A stretch of DNA of 64,000 nt from a bacterium (GTDB lineage: Bacteria > Patescibacteriota > Minisyncoccia > Phycocordibacterales > UBA12088): the NCBI GenBank assembly GCA_003252295.1, contig QKEV01000003.1, positions 64,701 through 128,700 on the forward strand, written 5' to 3'. How positions within the stretch are numbered: the first letter of the stretch is position 1; each line of letters opens with the position of its first letter. The notes beneath the pieces are model-generated. The model made no database searches and had not been told where the DNA came from. It saw only the letters and a list, made by a program, of their open reading frames with translations. Below, piece by piece: positions 8,978 through 19,338 of this stretch. Position numbers and translations under genes: made by a program.

Positions 8978-9466
8978 ATGAAGATTAAACACTACCTCTT
9001 CGCATTGCTTTTTGCGTTCGTGCTTGCACCAGTTGTAGCACAGGTTGCCAATGCAGAAGATGAACTAACTCTTGAGTCATTGAATGACACCATTCAAGAC
9101 CTTCTCGCTAGAGTTGAAACACTTGAAGGAGACCTTGAGGATGCGAATAACAAAATTGCTGATCTCGAAGACGAGCTAGCAAGCATCGATACATCTGCTG
9201 TTGTTGGCGATGATGACGACGATGATGACGACGATGATGATACTTCATATCGTGGTTACAACAAAGCAGCACCAGGAACAGGAAATGTTGCTGTTTGCCA
9301 TAACGGTAAGACGCTACGTGTAAACGTGCGTTCTGCTCTTAACTACAAGAGTAACGGTGCAAAACTTGGTACCTGTGCTTTTGACGACGATAGTAGCAGT
9401 GATGATGGTGACGACGATGATGATGACGACGATGATGATGATGACGATGACACCACTGAAGAGTAG
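8978..9466 (+). CDS. Secreted protein with coiled coil and two poly-Asp tracts
   Basis: Signal peptide (ANA-E); heptad region; VCHNGKTLRV...LGTC mini-domain; Asp runs of 11 and 14. Confidence 0.85.
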   Translation: MKIKHYLFALLFAFVLAPVVAQVANAEDELTLESLNDTIQDLLARVETLEGDLEDANNKIADLEDELASIDTSAVVGDDDDDDDDDDDTSYRGYNKAAPGTGNVAVCHNGKTLRVNVRSALNYKSNGAKLGTCAFDDDSSSDDGDDDDDDDDDDDDDDTTEE

Positions 9467-9480
9467 TGTTTAGTTAATCT

Positions 9481-9518
9481 AAAAGAAAAACACCCACACT
9501 GTGGGTGTTTTTCTTTTA
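9481..9518 (+). terminator. Rho-independent terminator
   Basis: aaaagaaaaacacccac-act-gtgggtgtttttctttt. Confidence 0.8.
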
Positions 9519-9559
9519 TGGTAAAATAGTACTGTTTATCAGTTAAGCACTAACATGAT

Positions 9560-9946
9560 ATGAAGGGATACATAGTTAACATTGAGAAAGAGACACTAGA
9601 GAACGAGAACTACCGAAAGGTGCTCTACACTACAAAAGATAGTCAGTTGGTACTCATGACCATTCAGCCAGGTGATGAAATAGGTACGGAAGTACACGAA
9701 CTTGCACAGTTTATTCGCATTGAATCTGGTCAAGCGAAGGCTGTACTTGATGGTGTCGAACATGAGCTGGCTGAGGATTGGGCAGTTGTTATTCCTGCTG
9801 GGTGTGAACACAATATTGTGAACATAGGGGATACACCACTTCGTCTCTACTCAATATACTCACCTCCAGAACATAAGGATGGTACTATTCACTCAACAAA
9901 GGCAGATGAGAAGGAAGAGCACTTTGATGGTGTGATCAGTGAGTAG
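9560..9946 (+). CDS. Cupin-domain protein
   Basis: QLVLMTIQPGDEIGTEVH..QFIRIESG; IPAGCEHNIVN; LYSIYSPPEH. Confidence 0.9.
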   Translation: MKGYIVNIEKETLENENYRKVLYTTKDSQLVLMTIQPGDEIGTEVHELAQFIRIESGQAKAVLDGVEHELAEDWAVVIPAGCEHNIVNIGDTPLRLYSIYSPPEHKDGTIHSTKADEKEEHFDGVISE

Positions 9947-9995
9947 TAGTTAAAATAAAAAGCGGTACATGTTGTACCGCTTTTTATGTATGTAT

Positions 9996-10712
9996 ATGAA
10001 AATAATCACTTTAAACATTGAAAGAAATCTACATCTTGAAAATGTTAAAAAATTTATCGAGTCTGAGAACCCGGATATACTATGTTTACAAGAAGTTATG
10101 GAACCTGCGTTTCATAATTTGTGTGGTACTGAAAAAATGTATGGTTCATTTACCCCCTTTGCTATCCTTAGGGAATGGGGGGAAACTTGTGACAACGAGA
10201 TGATGGGTGTGGCAATACTCACTAGGGAACCACACACACTTCTTGGAACACACTACTACCAAGGATCAAAAGAACACCCGAAGGAATTTATGAAAGACAT
10301 GGAAGTAACCATGACAACAAGGAGGTGCTCGCGTGCAGTACTGGCTGTTGAATACAACGGTACGGTAGTGGCAACAACACACTTCACGTACTCATTGCAA
10401 GGTGTTCCTGATGCAGCATAGGGTGTGTCACTGCAGAGAATGTTAGAGCTCACTAAACCTTACAAAGATCTGGTGTTTTGTGGAGATTTCAATATACCGA
10501 GACCAAACAAGTACTACCAGCAGTTACGTAGTACGTTTACTGATAATGTTCCTGAACAATACTTGTCCTCGATAGATCCAGATTTGCATCACATAAAAGG
10601 TTTACAAAAAATGGTTGACTACATATGGACGAGAGGAGTGTGTAAGGTTACCAATGTACATTTTAAGAATGGTGTTTCTGACCACCTTGCTCTTATTGGA
10701 GAAATTATCTAA
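9996..10712 (+). pseudogene. Endonuclease/exonuclease/phosphatase-family gene interrupted by in-frame TAG at 10419-10421
   Basis: ITLNIE, DILCLQEV and TTH precede the stop; CGDFN, VDYIW and SDH follow in the same frame. Confidence 0.85.
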
Positions 10713-10763
10713 CTGGATAATTCAAGAGAATAAGAAGTCGCACTTTGGTATCATAGTAGCAAC

Positions 10764-12239
10764 ATGGCTCGTTACAGTATACAGAATAATGACACACCAG
10801 ATTCACCTCCTGAACATAGGCGTTTTGATCGAAAGACAGTTGGTGGTAAGACGACGTGGATGTCGTCGAAGATTCAGGAACGGGCTCATGCTGCCGCAAA
10901 AGCAGCAACAGAGGTGGCAGTACATATTGCCAACCCTGCAACAGCTGAAGCTGTTGCGCAAGAAATGATTGTTCCAGAAAGGAGAGAAATCGTCTCACAT
11001 ATAAAAAGAAAAAGCGAGGTTCCGTTACCTGGAGAAATACAGGAGGTTGAACCTAGTACTACTCAGATAAACGAGGATGCACTTATTTACATACGTGGGG
11101 TTGTTAGTCAGGCAATAGAAGAGGGTGCATCAGATGTACACTTTGAGCCAAAAAGAGAAATGTATCAGGTGCGCATACGTGTTGATGGTGTGTTGCATAA
11201 AGTTGAAGAACGAAGTATTGAAGAGTATCAAAAAGTTCTCAATTCGGTAAAGGTGCTCGCCGATCTTGATATTTCGGAACATACTATTCCACAAGATGGA
11301 CATATCGAATTAGTACAGGAAGCAGAGAATACAAAAGGTGATGAGAAACATTACTATGATATACGTGTCTCATCATTTCCTTCTGTAAATGGTGAAGTAA
11401 TTGTAATGCGTATTTTAAATCGTGCTAACGCACTACTCTCTATAGAAGAACTTGGTATGGATTCTGAGATGCTTGAAAAGCTCAACGAAGCACTCATGAC
11501 CTCATTTGGCATGATACTCATTACTGGACCAACAGGTGCAGGGAAAACAACAACACTGTATTCAGTACTTGGAGAGCTTCGCAATGATGAAAAGAACATC
11601 ATTACCCTCGAGGACCCTATTGAATTTCATCTTGATTGGCTTCGTCAGTGTGAAATAAATCCAGAACGGAATTTTACGTTTGAGAGAGCGATGGAGTCAG
11701 TATTGCGTCAAGATCCAGACATTCTTATGGTAGGAGAGATACGAGATCCTCACACTGCTGAGCATGCTGTGCAAAGTGCCCTTGTTGGACGTATCGTTGG
11801 CTCAACGATACATGCGAATACAACAATTGGAACAATAGCACGTTTGATCGAGCTTGGTATACCAAGGAGTATCGTGGGGCATACATTGAATGCCATCATT
11901 GCACAACGTCTCGTACGAAAGACGTGTGAAAAGTGTAAGGTTATATATGAGCCTGACAGGAAGGTGCTCAAACATTTTGGTTTAGAGAAACACGTTGGAC
12001 CATTTTTCAAAGGAAAAGGTTGTGAAGCGTGTGATAACACTGGATTTAAGGGGCGAACTGGCATTTACTCACTCATGACATTTTCTGATGAGTTGAGGAA
12101 TATGTTATTTGACCAGAAACCTCTTATTGACATATATGAGCATGCGCGGTTAAAAGGTATGAAAACACTGCAAGAGGATGCTGCAATGAAGATATTTGCA
12201 GGCATTACGACGGCAGAAGAGGCAGCAAGGGTTGTTTAG
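10764..12239 (+). CDS. GspE/PulE/PilB-family secretion or pilus assembly ATPase
   Basis: ASDVHFEP, RVDGVL, Walker A GPTGAGKT, TLEDPIE, LRQDPDILMVGEIRD, tetracysteine motif. Confidence 0.95.
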   Translation: MARYSIQNNDTPDSPPEHRRFDRKTVGGKTTWMSSKIQERAHAAAKAATEVAVHIANPATAEAVAQEMIVPERREIVSHIKRKSEVPLPGEIQEVEPSTTQINEDALIYIRGVVSQAIEEGASDVHFEPKREMYQVRIRVDGVLHKVEERSIEEYQKVLNSVKVLADLDISEHTIPQDGHIELVQEAENTKGDEKHYYDIRVSSFPSVNGEVIVMRILNRANALLSIEELGMDSEMLEKLNEALMTSFGMILITGPTGAGKTTTLYSVLGELRNDEKNIITLEDPIEFHLDWLRQCEINPERNFTFERAMESVLRQDPDILMVGEIRDPHTAEHAVQSALVGRIVGSTIHANTTIGTIARLIELGIPRSIVGHTLNAIIAQRLVRKTCEKCKVIYEPDRKVLKHFGLEKHVGPFFKGKGCEACDNTGFKGRTGIYSLMTFSDELRNMLFDQKPLIDIYEHARLKGMKTLQEDAAMKIFAGITTAEEAARVV

Positions 12240-12316
12240 TGTTGTATAAACTTGCTAGAGTTAGATAACAAGGTAGGATATACTGAACACGTGACGTTTA
12301 TCGTATTATATATACC

Positions 12317-12700
12317 ATGCCAATTAGTAAATTTTTAAAACGTTTTCGCAAGGTTCTCATTGTGGAAGATGATGCGGTGTTACGTGGTGCTCTTGCAGAT
12401 AAGTTTAGTTCCAAGGGGTACAAGGTGCTTGAAGCAAGTGCTGCTCAGGAGGTAATATCTCTCATTGAGAATGAAAAGCTTTCTGCAGTAGTGCTAGATC
12501 TTATTTTGCCGGTTCAGGACGGTATCTCACTTCTTGAAGAGATACGTACTCAGGGGCATACGGTACCTGTTGTTATCCTTTCTAATTTACTCGGTTCAGA
12601 GGATTTGCGGAGTGATGCGGCAAAACTTGATGCCGAGTTTTATAACAAGTCATCAACTTCGCTTGATGAAGTGGTAGATGCAGTAGAATCAAAAATGTAG
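12317..12700 (+). CDS. Single-domain response regulator (receiver)
   Basis: VLIVEDD, VVLDLILP, ILSN, conserved Lys. Confidence 0.9.
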   Translation: MPISKFLKRFRKVLIVEDDAVLRGALADKFSSKGYKVLEASAAQEVISLIENEKLSAVVLDLILPVQDGISLLEEIRTQGHTVPVVILSNLLGSEDLRSDAAKLDAEFYNKSSTSLDEVVDAVESKM

Positions 12701-12701
12701 T

Positions 12702-13124
12702 ATGGGATTTTTTGACCTCTTTAAACAAAAGAAGAATGTATGGAAGGTGCTCCTTGTTGAGGACGATGTCCCGTTGCGTCAGTTTGTGGCAGAACGATTA
12801 GTCACTCTTGGTGTGGATGTTATTGAGACAGGTGATGGTGCCACGGTGTTGGAGCTCATTAAGAAGCATCAACCAGACTGTGTTGTACTTGATATCATGT
12901 TACCAGGGAAGAGTGGTATGCAGATACTTGAAGAGCTTCGTGCTGATGACAAGAAGACGCCAGTTGTGATGCTCACTACGCTTTCTGGTGAAGGTGGTCT
13001 AAAACTTGAAGCAGCGAAACATAATGCAGTGTTCCTCAATAAGGCGAATACCGCACTTGAAGTGGTAATAGAGACAGTTTTGCGTAACCTTGATGAAGAT
13101 ATAAAAGAACATAATGACAAGTAG
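12702..13124 (+). CDS. Single-domain response regulator (receiver)
   Basis: VLLVEDD, VVLDIMLPGKSG, MLTT, conserved Lys. Confidence 0.9.
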   Translation: MGFFDLFKQKKNVWKVLLVEDDVPLRQFVAERLVTLGVDVIETGDGATVLELIKKHQPDCVVLDIMLPGKSGMQILEELRADDKKTPVVMLTTLSGEGGLKLEAAKHNAVFLNKANTALEVVIETVLRNLDEDIKEHNDK

Positions 13125-13785
13125 TGTTGATTACAATGCATTACTGCTTAAGGTAATGGCACATGATTTGCTTGCACCGCTCACTGCCATAAAATGGCAG
13201 ACGGAACTTCTCGATAAGCATGTAAAAGATAATGATAAACGGGCTCGCTACCTCAAAGGTATCGCTGATTCTACTGAGCTTGGTATTATGCTCACAAAGA
13301 ACGTTCATGTTGCGGCACAGGTCTTGGGGGGTAGCTACCAAGGTGTTACCGGTGAGGGAAACCTTGCTGAAGTTATCAAAGAATCGATTACTGCACTACG
13401 GTTGCAGTATGAACGACATGGCTTGAAGCTCGATACTGAGATCGAGATCCTTGAAGGCAATGAGGACCTTGATGAGGCACTGCTTGGACTTTTTGTTTGG
13501 GCGGTTGGAAAATTTTTCCTTACCTGCACACCTCCAGAAACAACAGTGCGTACTCGTGGTATGGCAACTGAAGAGAAGAAATATGTTTTTTCAGTAAGTG
13601 CACCAAATGTTAAAGAACGGGAAGCACTAGAGAAACTCTTTTCTGAAACAGAGGGACATAATGATCTTGATCAAACATTTGTTTTTGTAAAACTTTTAAA
13701 AGATATTGCTCCAATGCTTACCGCAAAGCTCAGTATTGAGCAAGATGATGAGTTCTTTGCTGTTACAATAATCTTTGAGAAGTAA
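13114..13785 (+). CDS. Histidine-kinase-like protein with intact H-box and degenerate ATPase domain
   Basis: MAHDLLAPLTAIK H-box; no recognisable N, G1 or G2 boxes; no sensor domain. Confidence 0.75.
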   Translation: MTSSVDYNALLLKVMAHDLLAPLTAIKWQTELLDKHVKDNDKRARYLKGIADSTELGIMLTKNVHVAAQVLGGSYQGVTGEGNLAEVIKESITALRLQYERHGLKLDTEIEILEGNEDLDEALLGLFVWAVGKFFLTCTPPETTVRTRGMATEEKKYVFSVSAPNVKEREALEKLFSETEGHNDLDQTFVFVKLLKDIAPMLTAKLSIEQDDEFFAVTIIFEK

Positions 13786-13860
13786 GTACTCACTCATACT
13801 ATTCACTGTTTTTTGTGAATAAGATAATATGTAGCACCCTTTCTAAGGTATACTTTTGGT

Positions 13861-15423
13861 ATGAGTAAAAAGAAGTTCACTTTTGCTCTTGTTTTTGTCG
13901 TTGCAGTTGTCATTGTATGGATGATGGTGCGACCAAGTAACGGAGCTCCAATGTACGAACCAGCCGTGGTTGAACGTGGTGAGGTGACTCATATGGTTTC
14001 AGTGACAGGTCATGTCGAACCAGTAACGAGGGTGAACCTTGCATTTCCCGTAGGTGGACGCGTCACTGCGTTTCCTGTTGAAGAGGGGACACCAGTACTT
14101 GATGGAACAGTAGTGGGGGTGCTCGATGGTGGTATTTTACAATCATCACTTCGTGAGGCAGAACTAGCAGTTGAGCGAGAGAAGGCGGTACTGCGTGATC
14201 TGACCGCTCCGCTTCGAAGCGAGGAGCGAGCAGTGAAGAGTACAGCGGTTGCAAATGCAGAACTAGCACTTGCACGAGCAGAAGATGCTGCTCGAACAGC
14301 AATAGCAAAGGCATTTGTCTATGCTGATAGTGCAGTGCATGAGGATGCTGACGAACTCTTTGAAAATGATAAGTTTGGCGTAACGTTTACCTACGGTACC
14401 ATTGCGTATCGTTTGCAGGCAGATGCCGCGACTGAGAGTACAATAAATCTAAAAAAGAAGGAGGTGGAAGCGGTTCTTGAAGCACTTGATGGAAGGAGTG
14501 ATAGTACAGCTGCTGATGTTGATATACTGTTGTCACAAACCGATGCAGACTTGGTAGTTGTTGAGGACTTTCTCACCGATCTTGCAAAAGTTGTTAACAG
14601 GTACACGTCAGATGACAGTATCAATCAAACGGTATATGAATCATTTCAAACTGCTGTAGCTTCTGCGCGAACTTCTGTTAATACGGCACGGAGTGAGATT
14701 TCAGCAGCACATACAGCACTGAGTAGTGCGGAATCATCCCTCATGCTTGCGCAGAGTAACCTAGATCTCTCTGAGGCAGGTGCTTCTGAGGATAGTATTG
14801 CTGCCCAACGAGCTTCAGTTGCCAGTGCGATGGCTGCCGTCGGGACGGCAGAGGAACGTGCGAAGGATACTGTTCTCACGGTGCCGTTTGATGGTATTTT
14901 GTCACGTATCAACTTTGAAATAGGAGAGATTGTGAGTGCATATGAACCGGTTGCTGAACTTATAACAGAGGGTGTCTTTGAGGTGGAGGCATACATCCCT
15001 GAGGCGGATATTGCTCGGGTGAAGCTTGGTGATACTGCGAAAGTCACCTTTGATGCGTACGAGCAGAGCGATGTGTTTACTGCAACTGTAGTGCGTATAG
15101 CAGTTTCTGAAACGTACAAAGAGGGTGTACCAACCTATAAGACAACACTGCGTATTGATGATGCTGATCGCGAGAATATAACGCTTCGACCAGGAATGAC
15201 GGCAGACATAGATATACTCACTGACACAAGAGAGGATACACTCTTCATTCCGGTACGAAGCGTCTTGACTGAAAACGGAAGGACCTATGTACGTATCTAC
15301 CAGAATGGTGAGTTTGTTGAGAAGGATATTGAAACGGGCTTACGTGGCTCAGAAGGCACTGTTGAGGTTACTGGTGGTTTAGAGGAGGATGATGAGGTTG
15401 TGCTGTACGTTGAAGAAGAATGA
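13861..15423 (+). CDS. MacA-like membrane fusion (periplasmic adaptor) protein
   Basis: N-terminal TM; lipoyl halves (GGRV..FPVEEG; VPFDGI); long helical hairpin; LRPGMTA. Confidence 0.9.
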   Translation: MSKKKFTFALVFVVAVVIVWMMVRPSNGAPMYEPAVVERGEVTHMVSVTGHVEPVTRVNLAFPVGGRVTAFPVEEGTPVLDGTVVGVLDGGILQSSLREAELAVEREKAVLRDLTAPLRSEERAVKSTAVANAELALARAEDAARTAIAKAFVYADSAVHEDADELFENDKFGVTFTYGTIAYRLQADAATESTINLKKKEVEAVLEALDGRSDSTAADVDILLSQTDADLVVVEDFLTDLAKVVNRYTSDDSINQTVYESFQTAVASARTSVNTARSEISAAHTALSSAESSLMLAQSNLDLSEAGASEDSIAAQRASVASAMAAVGTAEERAKDTVLTVPFDGILSRINFEIGEIVSAYEPVAELITEGVFEVEAYIPEADIARVKLGDTAKVTFDAYEQSDVFTATVVRIAVSETYKEGVPTYKTTLRIDDADRENITLRPGMTADIDILTDTREDTLFIPVRSVLTENGRTYVRIYQNGEFVEKDIETGLRGSEGTVEVTGGLEEDDEVVLYVEEE

Positions 15424-16100
15424 GTCCGCTCATTGAGGCAATAGACCTTGAGAAAACATACACTGATGGAACACGTGCCCTTCGTGGTGCGAGTTTTGTC
15501 ATTACGGAAGGTGAGTTTGTTGCGATTATGGGGCCTTCAGGTTCTGGGAAGTCGACACTACTCCATATACTTGGTTTTCTCGATCCACAAACTGCTGGTA
15601 CGTACCGCTTTGAAGGAAAGGAGCTGAAAGATTTTCAGCCAAATGAACTTGCGCGGGTCCGAAATGAAGAGCTTGGTTTTGTATTTCAGCAGTTTAACCT
15701 CATGCCTCACCAAACAGTACTTGAAAATATTTACATGCCACTTTACTACTCGAATGTTCCAAAGAAAGAGTGGCACAGGCGAGCAGAAGAGGCAGCAGAG
15801 CGCGTTGGACTCACACATAGAATGGATCATCTTGCGTACACGCTCTCAGGTGGAGAGAAGCAACGTGTTGCCATCGCTCGTGCTCTCATCAATAAACCAA
15901 AACTCATCTTTGCTGATGAACCGACAGGAAATCTTGATAGTAAGTCAGGTGATAGTGTACTCGAGACGTTAAATGGATTGCATAAGGAGGGTCACACTGT
16001 TGTTTTGATAACACACGGTCAGGAGATTGCAGATCATGCTGATCGAATGCTATTCATCAGAGATGGTCGTTTGGAGAGTGATACTACTAAACAAGTATGA
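15420..16100 (+). CDS. ABC transporter ATP-binding protein (MacB/LolD type)
   Basis: [33 protein letters not shown]. Confidence 0.95.
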   Translation: MSPLIEAIDLEKTYTDGTRALRGASFVITEGEFVAIMGPSGSGKSTLLHILGFLDPQTAGTYRFEGKELKDFQPNELARVRNEELGFVFQQFNLMPHQTVLENIYMPLYYSNVPKKEWHRRAEEAAERVGLTHRMDHLAYTLSGGEKQRVAIARALINKPKLIFADEPTGNLDSKSGDSVLETLNGLHKEGHTVVLITHGQEIADHADRMLFIRDGRLESDTTKQV

Positions 16101-17341
16101 GGATCATCAACACATTTGAACTAGCGGTACATGGTTTGAAGTCAAAACCCTCTAGAACTTTTTTGACCCTCTTAGGGGTTGCTATTGGTGTTGCTGCAGT
16201 AGTTATCATTGCTTCGCTTGGTGCTGGTACACAGACACTCATTACTGACGAAATAAGTGGACTAGGTGCTGACCTTGTTGCTGTACAACCTGGTGGAGAA
16301 CCGACAAGTATGGCTGACATGGCAAATGTACTCTACTCTGACAGTCTCACACAAGATGACATAGACGCTATTCTGAAAAAGAAGAACGTACCGCATGCTG
16401 TTGATGCAACACCGTTTGTACTCGTTCCTGGTAACGTAACGTACTACAACGAATCATACGTACCGCAAATATACGGTACGGAGGTTGAGGTACTTTCTGA
16501 CATGTTTGATGTGTATGTAGAAGAGGGAGAATTTTTTGGAGAAGGGGAGATAAAAGAAAAAGCAGCGGTTGCGGTTATTGGTTACAAGGTAAACCAGGAA
16601 CTGTTTGGGCAGGTGTCAGGTCTTGGGAAACGTATTTCGATAAATGGTAAGAAGTTTCGAGTAATCGGTATCTATCCAAAAACAGGACAGAAAATGTTTA
16701 CCGACATTGATACACTCGTTATTATTCCATACACAACAGCTCAGACGTACCTAACTGGAGAGGACCACTTTAACGAGATATGGGTACGTATTGATGACTC
16801 AGCAAATGCAAGGCGAACGGAGCAGGATATCGAGTTGACGCTTCGGGAATTACATAACCTCGAAGAGAATGAGGATAATGACTTTGTTATTCGTACCCCA
16901 GAGTCCATTATGGAGCAGGTGAACACAATTTTGCTTTCACTTACGATATTTTTAACAGCAGTAGTTGCGGTCGCGCTCGTGGTAGGAGGTATCGGTATTA
17001 TGAACATGATGCTTGTATCGGTTACCGAACGTACACGTGAAATTGGTTTGAGAAAGGCGATAGGAGCAACTGATACTGATGTGCTCTCACAGTTTCTCAT
17101 AGAGGCAATGCTTCTTACGTTTATGGGAGGTGCTTTTGGTATCGTGAGCGGAGCGCTCATATCGTACGGTGCGGGACTCCTCGTGCTCCATTTCAGTAGT
17201 TTGAACTGGACCTTCCAGCTCCCAGTAGCTGTTTCTGTTGGAGCACTCGTGTTCTCTGTTGTGATAGGGCTCGTGTTTGGACTCTATCCTGCACGAAAAG
17301 CTTCAAAGAAGAGTCCAATGGAAGCACTACGGTACGAGTAG
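16097..17341 (+). CDS. MacB-type ABC transporter permease
   Basis: RTFLTLLGVAIGV; GGIGIMNMMLVSVTERTREIGLRKAIGA; PMEALRYE. Confidence 0.95.
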   Translation: MRIINTFELAVHGLKSKPSRTFLTLLGVAIGVAAVVIIASLGAGTQTLITDEISGLGADLVAVQPGGEPTSMADMANVLYSDSLTQDDIDAILKKKNVPHAVDATPFVLVPGNVTYYNESYVPQIYGTEVEVLSDMFDVYVEEGEFFGEGEIKEKAAVAVIGYKVNQELFGQVSGLGKRISINGKKFRVIGIYPKTGQKMFTDIDTLVIIPYTTAQTYLTGEDHFNEIWVRIDDSANARRTEQDIELTLRELHNLEENEDNDFVIRTPESIMEQVNTILLSLTIFLTAVVAVALVVGGIGIMNMMLVSVTERTREIGLRKAIGATDTDVLSQFLIEAMLLTFMGGAFGIVSGALISYGAGLLVLHFSSLNWTFQLPVAVSVGALVFSVVIGLVFGLYPARKASKKSPMEALRYE

Positions 17342-17350
17342 GGTTTGCTA

Positions 17351-17400
17351 TAGGTATATAATTAATTATATACCTAATTATATAATTAGGTATATACCTA
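17351..17400. repeat. Nested AT-rich palindromes built from the AGGTATATAATT unit
   Basis: Perfect palindromes at 17351-17376 (26 bp), 17367-17396 (30 bp) and 17387-17400 (14 bp). Confidence 0.85.
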
Positions 17401-17467
17401 GAAATTTGTATTGGAGTCAGAACTATGATTAGGTAGTAAGAGAGACTGATTATCATAAATATAAAGT

Positions 17468-18244
17468 ATGAAAAAAATAGAAGAGGTAAAAATTCTCCTC
17501 ATGCAAATGAGGAAAGATAAAGAAACACTCGAGGATGAGTTGGTACAGTTTGCAACACATGCAGGACTTACTGTTGAGCAGGTTGATACATTCCGACCAT
17601 TTGAAGAGGAGCTAGATGTGACAGGGATACAGAGGTATGACGCTTTCTTTGTTGGTGGCAGCAGTGATGATGGTATGGATCTTGTGGATGCTGCAGGTGA
17701 TGTGAGTAAGCTTCCGGAGTGGTTGCAGAAGGTTGCGACAGCTATCGCTACTGCACGGGAATTTCGTGTTCCATCTTTTCTCTCTTGTTTTGGTTTTCAG
17801 GTAGCAGGATCTATCTTTGGTGGGATGTTGGAGTATAAACCAGAGTCAGAGGAGTTTGGTACACTTGCATTTCGTCTCACTGAAGCTGGAAAACGTGACC
17901 TACTTTTTAAAGATGTACCTGATCCATTTCATGCTGTAGTTGGACATAAAAAATTCCTTACGAAACTTCCTGAGGGAGCAGTGAACTTGGTGGAGACAGA
18001 TGTATGTCCTATACACACCTTTACCTTCCCAGGTGAGCCGTTCTATGCATTTCAGTTCCATCCAGAGCTCACAAAGAAACAGTTACTTGAATGGCTCACG
18101 CGGTACAAGGAGCGATACTTCACCAAGAGTGACGGGACCTTTGACGAGGAAGCATACCAGAGATCTGTTACTGGTCATGTTGAGGTATCTGATGCAAACG
18201 CAATCATTCAGAAATTCATGGAGCGTGTAGTGCTTACGGCGTAA
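17468..18244 (+). CDS. Class I glutamine amidotransferase-like protein
   Basis: SCFGFQ nucleophile elbow; FQFHPE triad. Confidence 0.9.
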   Translation: MKKIEEVKILLMQMRKDKETLEDELVQFATHAGLTVEQVDTFRPFEEELDVTGIQRYDAFFVGGSSDDGMDLVDAAGDVSKLPEWLQKVATAIATAREFRVPSFLSCFGFQVAGSIFGGMLEYKPESEEFGTLAFRLTEAGKRDLLFKDVPDPFHAVVGHKKFLTKLPEGAVNLVETDVCPIHTFTFPGEPFYAFQFHPELTKKQLLEWLTRYKERYFTKSDGTFDEEAYQRSVTGHVEVSDANAIIQKFMERVVLTA

Positions 18245-18343
18245 TGTGTTTCGAACGAGTAAAAAACCGAGCTTGCACATAGCTCGGTTTTGCTATTTAG
18301 TGTGTAGAGGAAATGATGTGAACATACCAACTCAGGAGGTGTT

Positions 18344-18607
18344 ATGGAACATGTAGAAACTGTATCCTTACAAAGTTACTCAATGAAGGTAACATGTAAG
18401 GACAAAGAAGGTAAACCGTGTGGTTGGAATCAAGACTTCATTGATTGCTCTTTTGATGATGCAGTTACGCATTGCTGTCTGGAGATCGCAAGCACAGAGA
18501 ACAATAGAGAAAAACTCGATCTCGGAAAGAGAACGATCACTAAGGTGACACTCAAGCATGCTGGCGAGACAGCAGATATTACCAAAAAGGTACTGGCGAT
18601 GATCTGA
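18344..18607 (+). CDS. Small Cys-containing hypothetical protein
   Basis: Strong SD AGGAGG upstream; hairpins on both sides. Confidence 0.7.
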   Translation: MEHVETVSLQSYSMKVTCKDKEGKPCGWNQDFIDCSFDDAVTHCCLEIASTENNREKLDLGKRTITKVTLKHAGETADITKKVLAMI

Positions 18608-18660
18608 GGTTTCAGAAAGGGTTCATGGTGATATGGACCCTTTTCTCGTATACTGGTTTC

Positions 18661-19101
18661 ATGGAAGAGTATCCCACAGCAGGTTGTGTACCATTTCGCT
18701 ATACCCTTCAGGGTGAGATTGAGATACTCATGGTCTTGAATGATGCTGAGGAAAATGGGCACTGGGAGTTTCCGAAAGGCAAGCACGAAGTAGGGGAGGA
18801 TTCAAAAGAGACGGCACTTCGTGAACTAGAAGAAGAAACAGGGTTAACAGGAAAGTTGCTTGAAGAGGAACCTATTGAGTTCGAGTTTGATTGCCATATG
18901 TTTGGCAATCACTACCATAAAACCGTACAGTACTTCTACTGCAGAGTACCTGATAATGCAGAGGTACATATACAAGAGGATGAGCTGATGGCGTATGCTT
19001 GGCTTCCTTTAAATGAGATTGAAGAGCGTGCTACGTACCCAAAGATGAAAGAAGCAGCCCACAAAGTTTGTGAGTATTTCAAGGATTGCGGCACACAGTG
19101 A
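18661..19101 (+). CDS. NUDIX hydrolase (Ap4A hydrolase-like)
   Basis: HWEFPKGKHEVGEDSKETALRELEEETG; start at 18661 after TATACT. Confidence 0.92.
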   Translation: MEEYPTAGCVPFRYTLQGEIEILMVLNDAEENGHWEFPKGKHEVGEDSKETALRELEEETGLTGKLLEEEPIEFEFDCHMFGNHYHKTVQYFYCRVPDNAEVHIQEDELMAYAWLPLNEIEERATYPKMKEAAHKVCEYFKDCGTQ

Positions 19102-19137
19102 TATGTATTAGGATAGGGTAGTCAAAAAAAGACATAT

Positions 19138-19210
19138 GCCGTTGTAGCTCAGTTGGTAGAGCGCATCCATGGTAAGGATGAGGTCCCCAGTTCAATCCTG
19201 GGCAACGGCT
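19138..19210 (+). tRNA. tRNA-Thr(GGT)
   Basis: GCCGTTG/CAACGGC; CATCC-ATGGTAA-GGATG; CCCAG-TTCAATC-CTGGG. Confidence 0.95.
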
Positions 19211-19264
19211 CACGTAGAAATTCCAACATTAGTGTGTGCTCAATGTTGGTGTTTTTATTAATAT

Positions 19265-19337
19265 GCCGAAGTAGCTCAGTTGGTAGAGCATTGCATTCGT
19301 AACGCAAAGGTCGGGAGTTCAAACCTCCCCTTCGGCT
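19265..19337 (+). tRNA. tRNA-Thr(CGT)
   Basis: GCCGAAG/CTTCGGC; TTGCA-TTCGTAA-CGCAA; GGGAG-TTCAAAC-CTCCC. Confidence 0.93.
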
Positions 19338-19338
19338 C

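Noticed and set aside
3696-19337. The same module at tRNA-CAT (3696-3769) and the two tRNA-Thr genes
   Set aside because: No inverted 3'-end copies were found nearby by eye; only simple hairpins.
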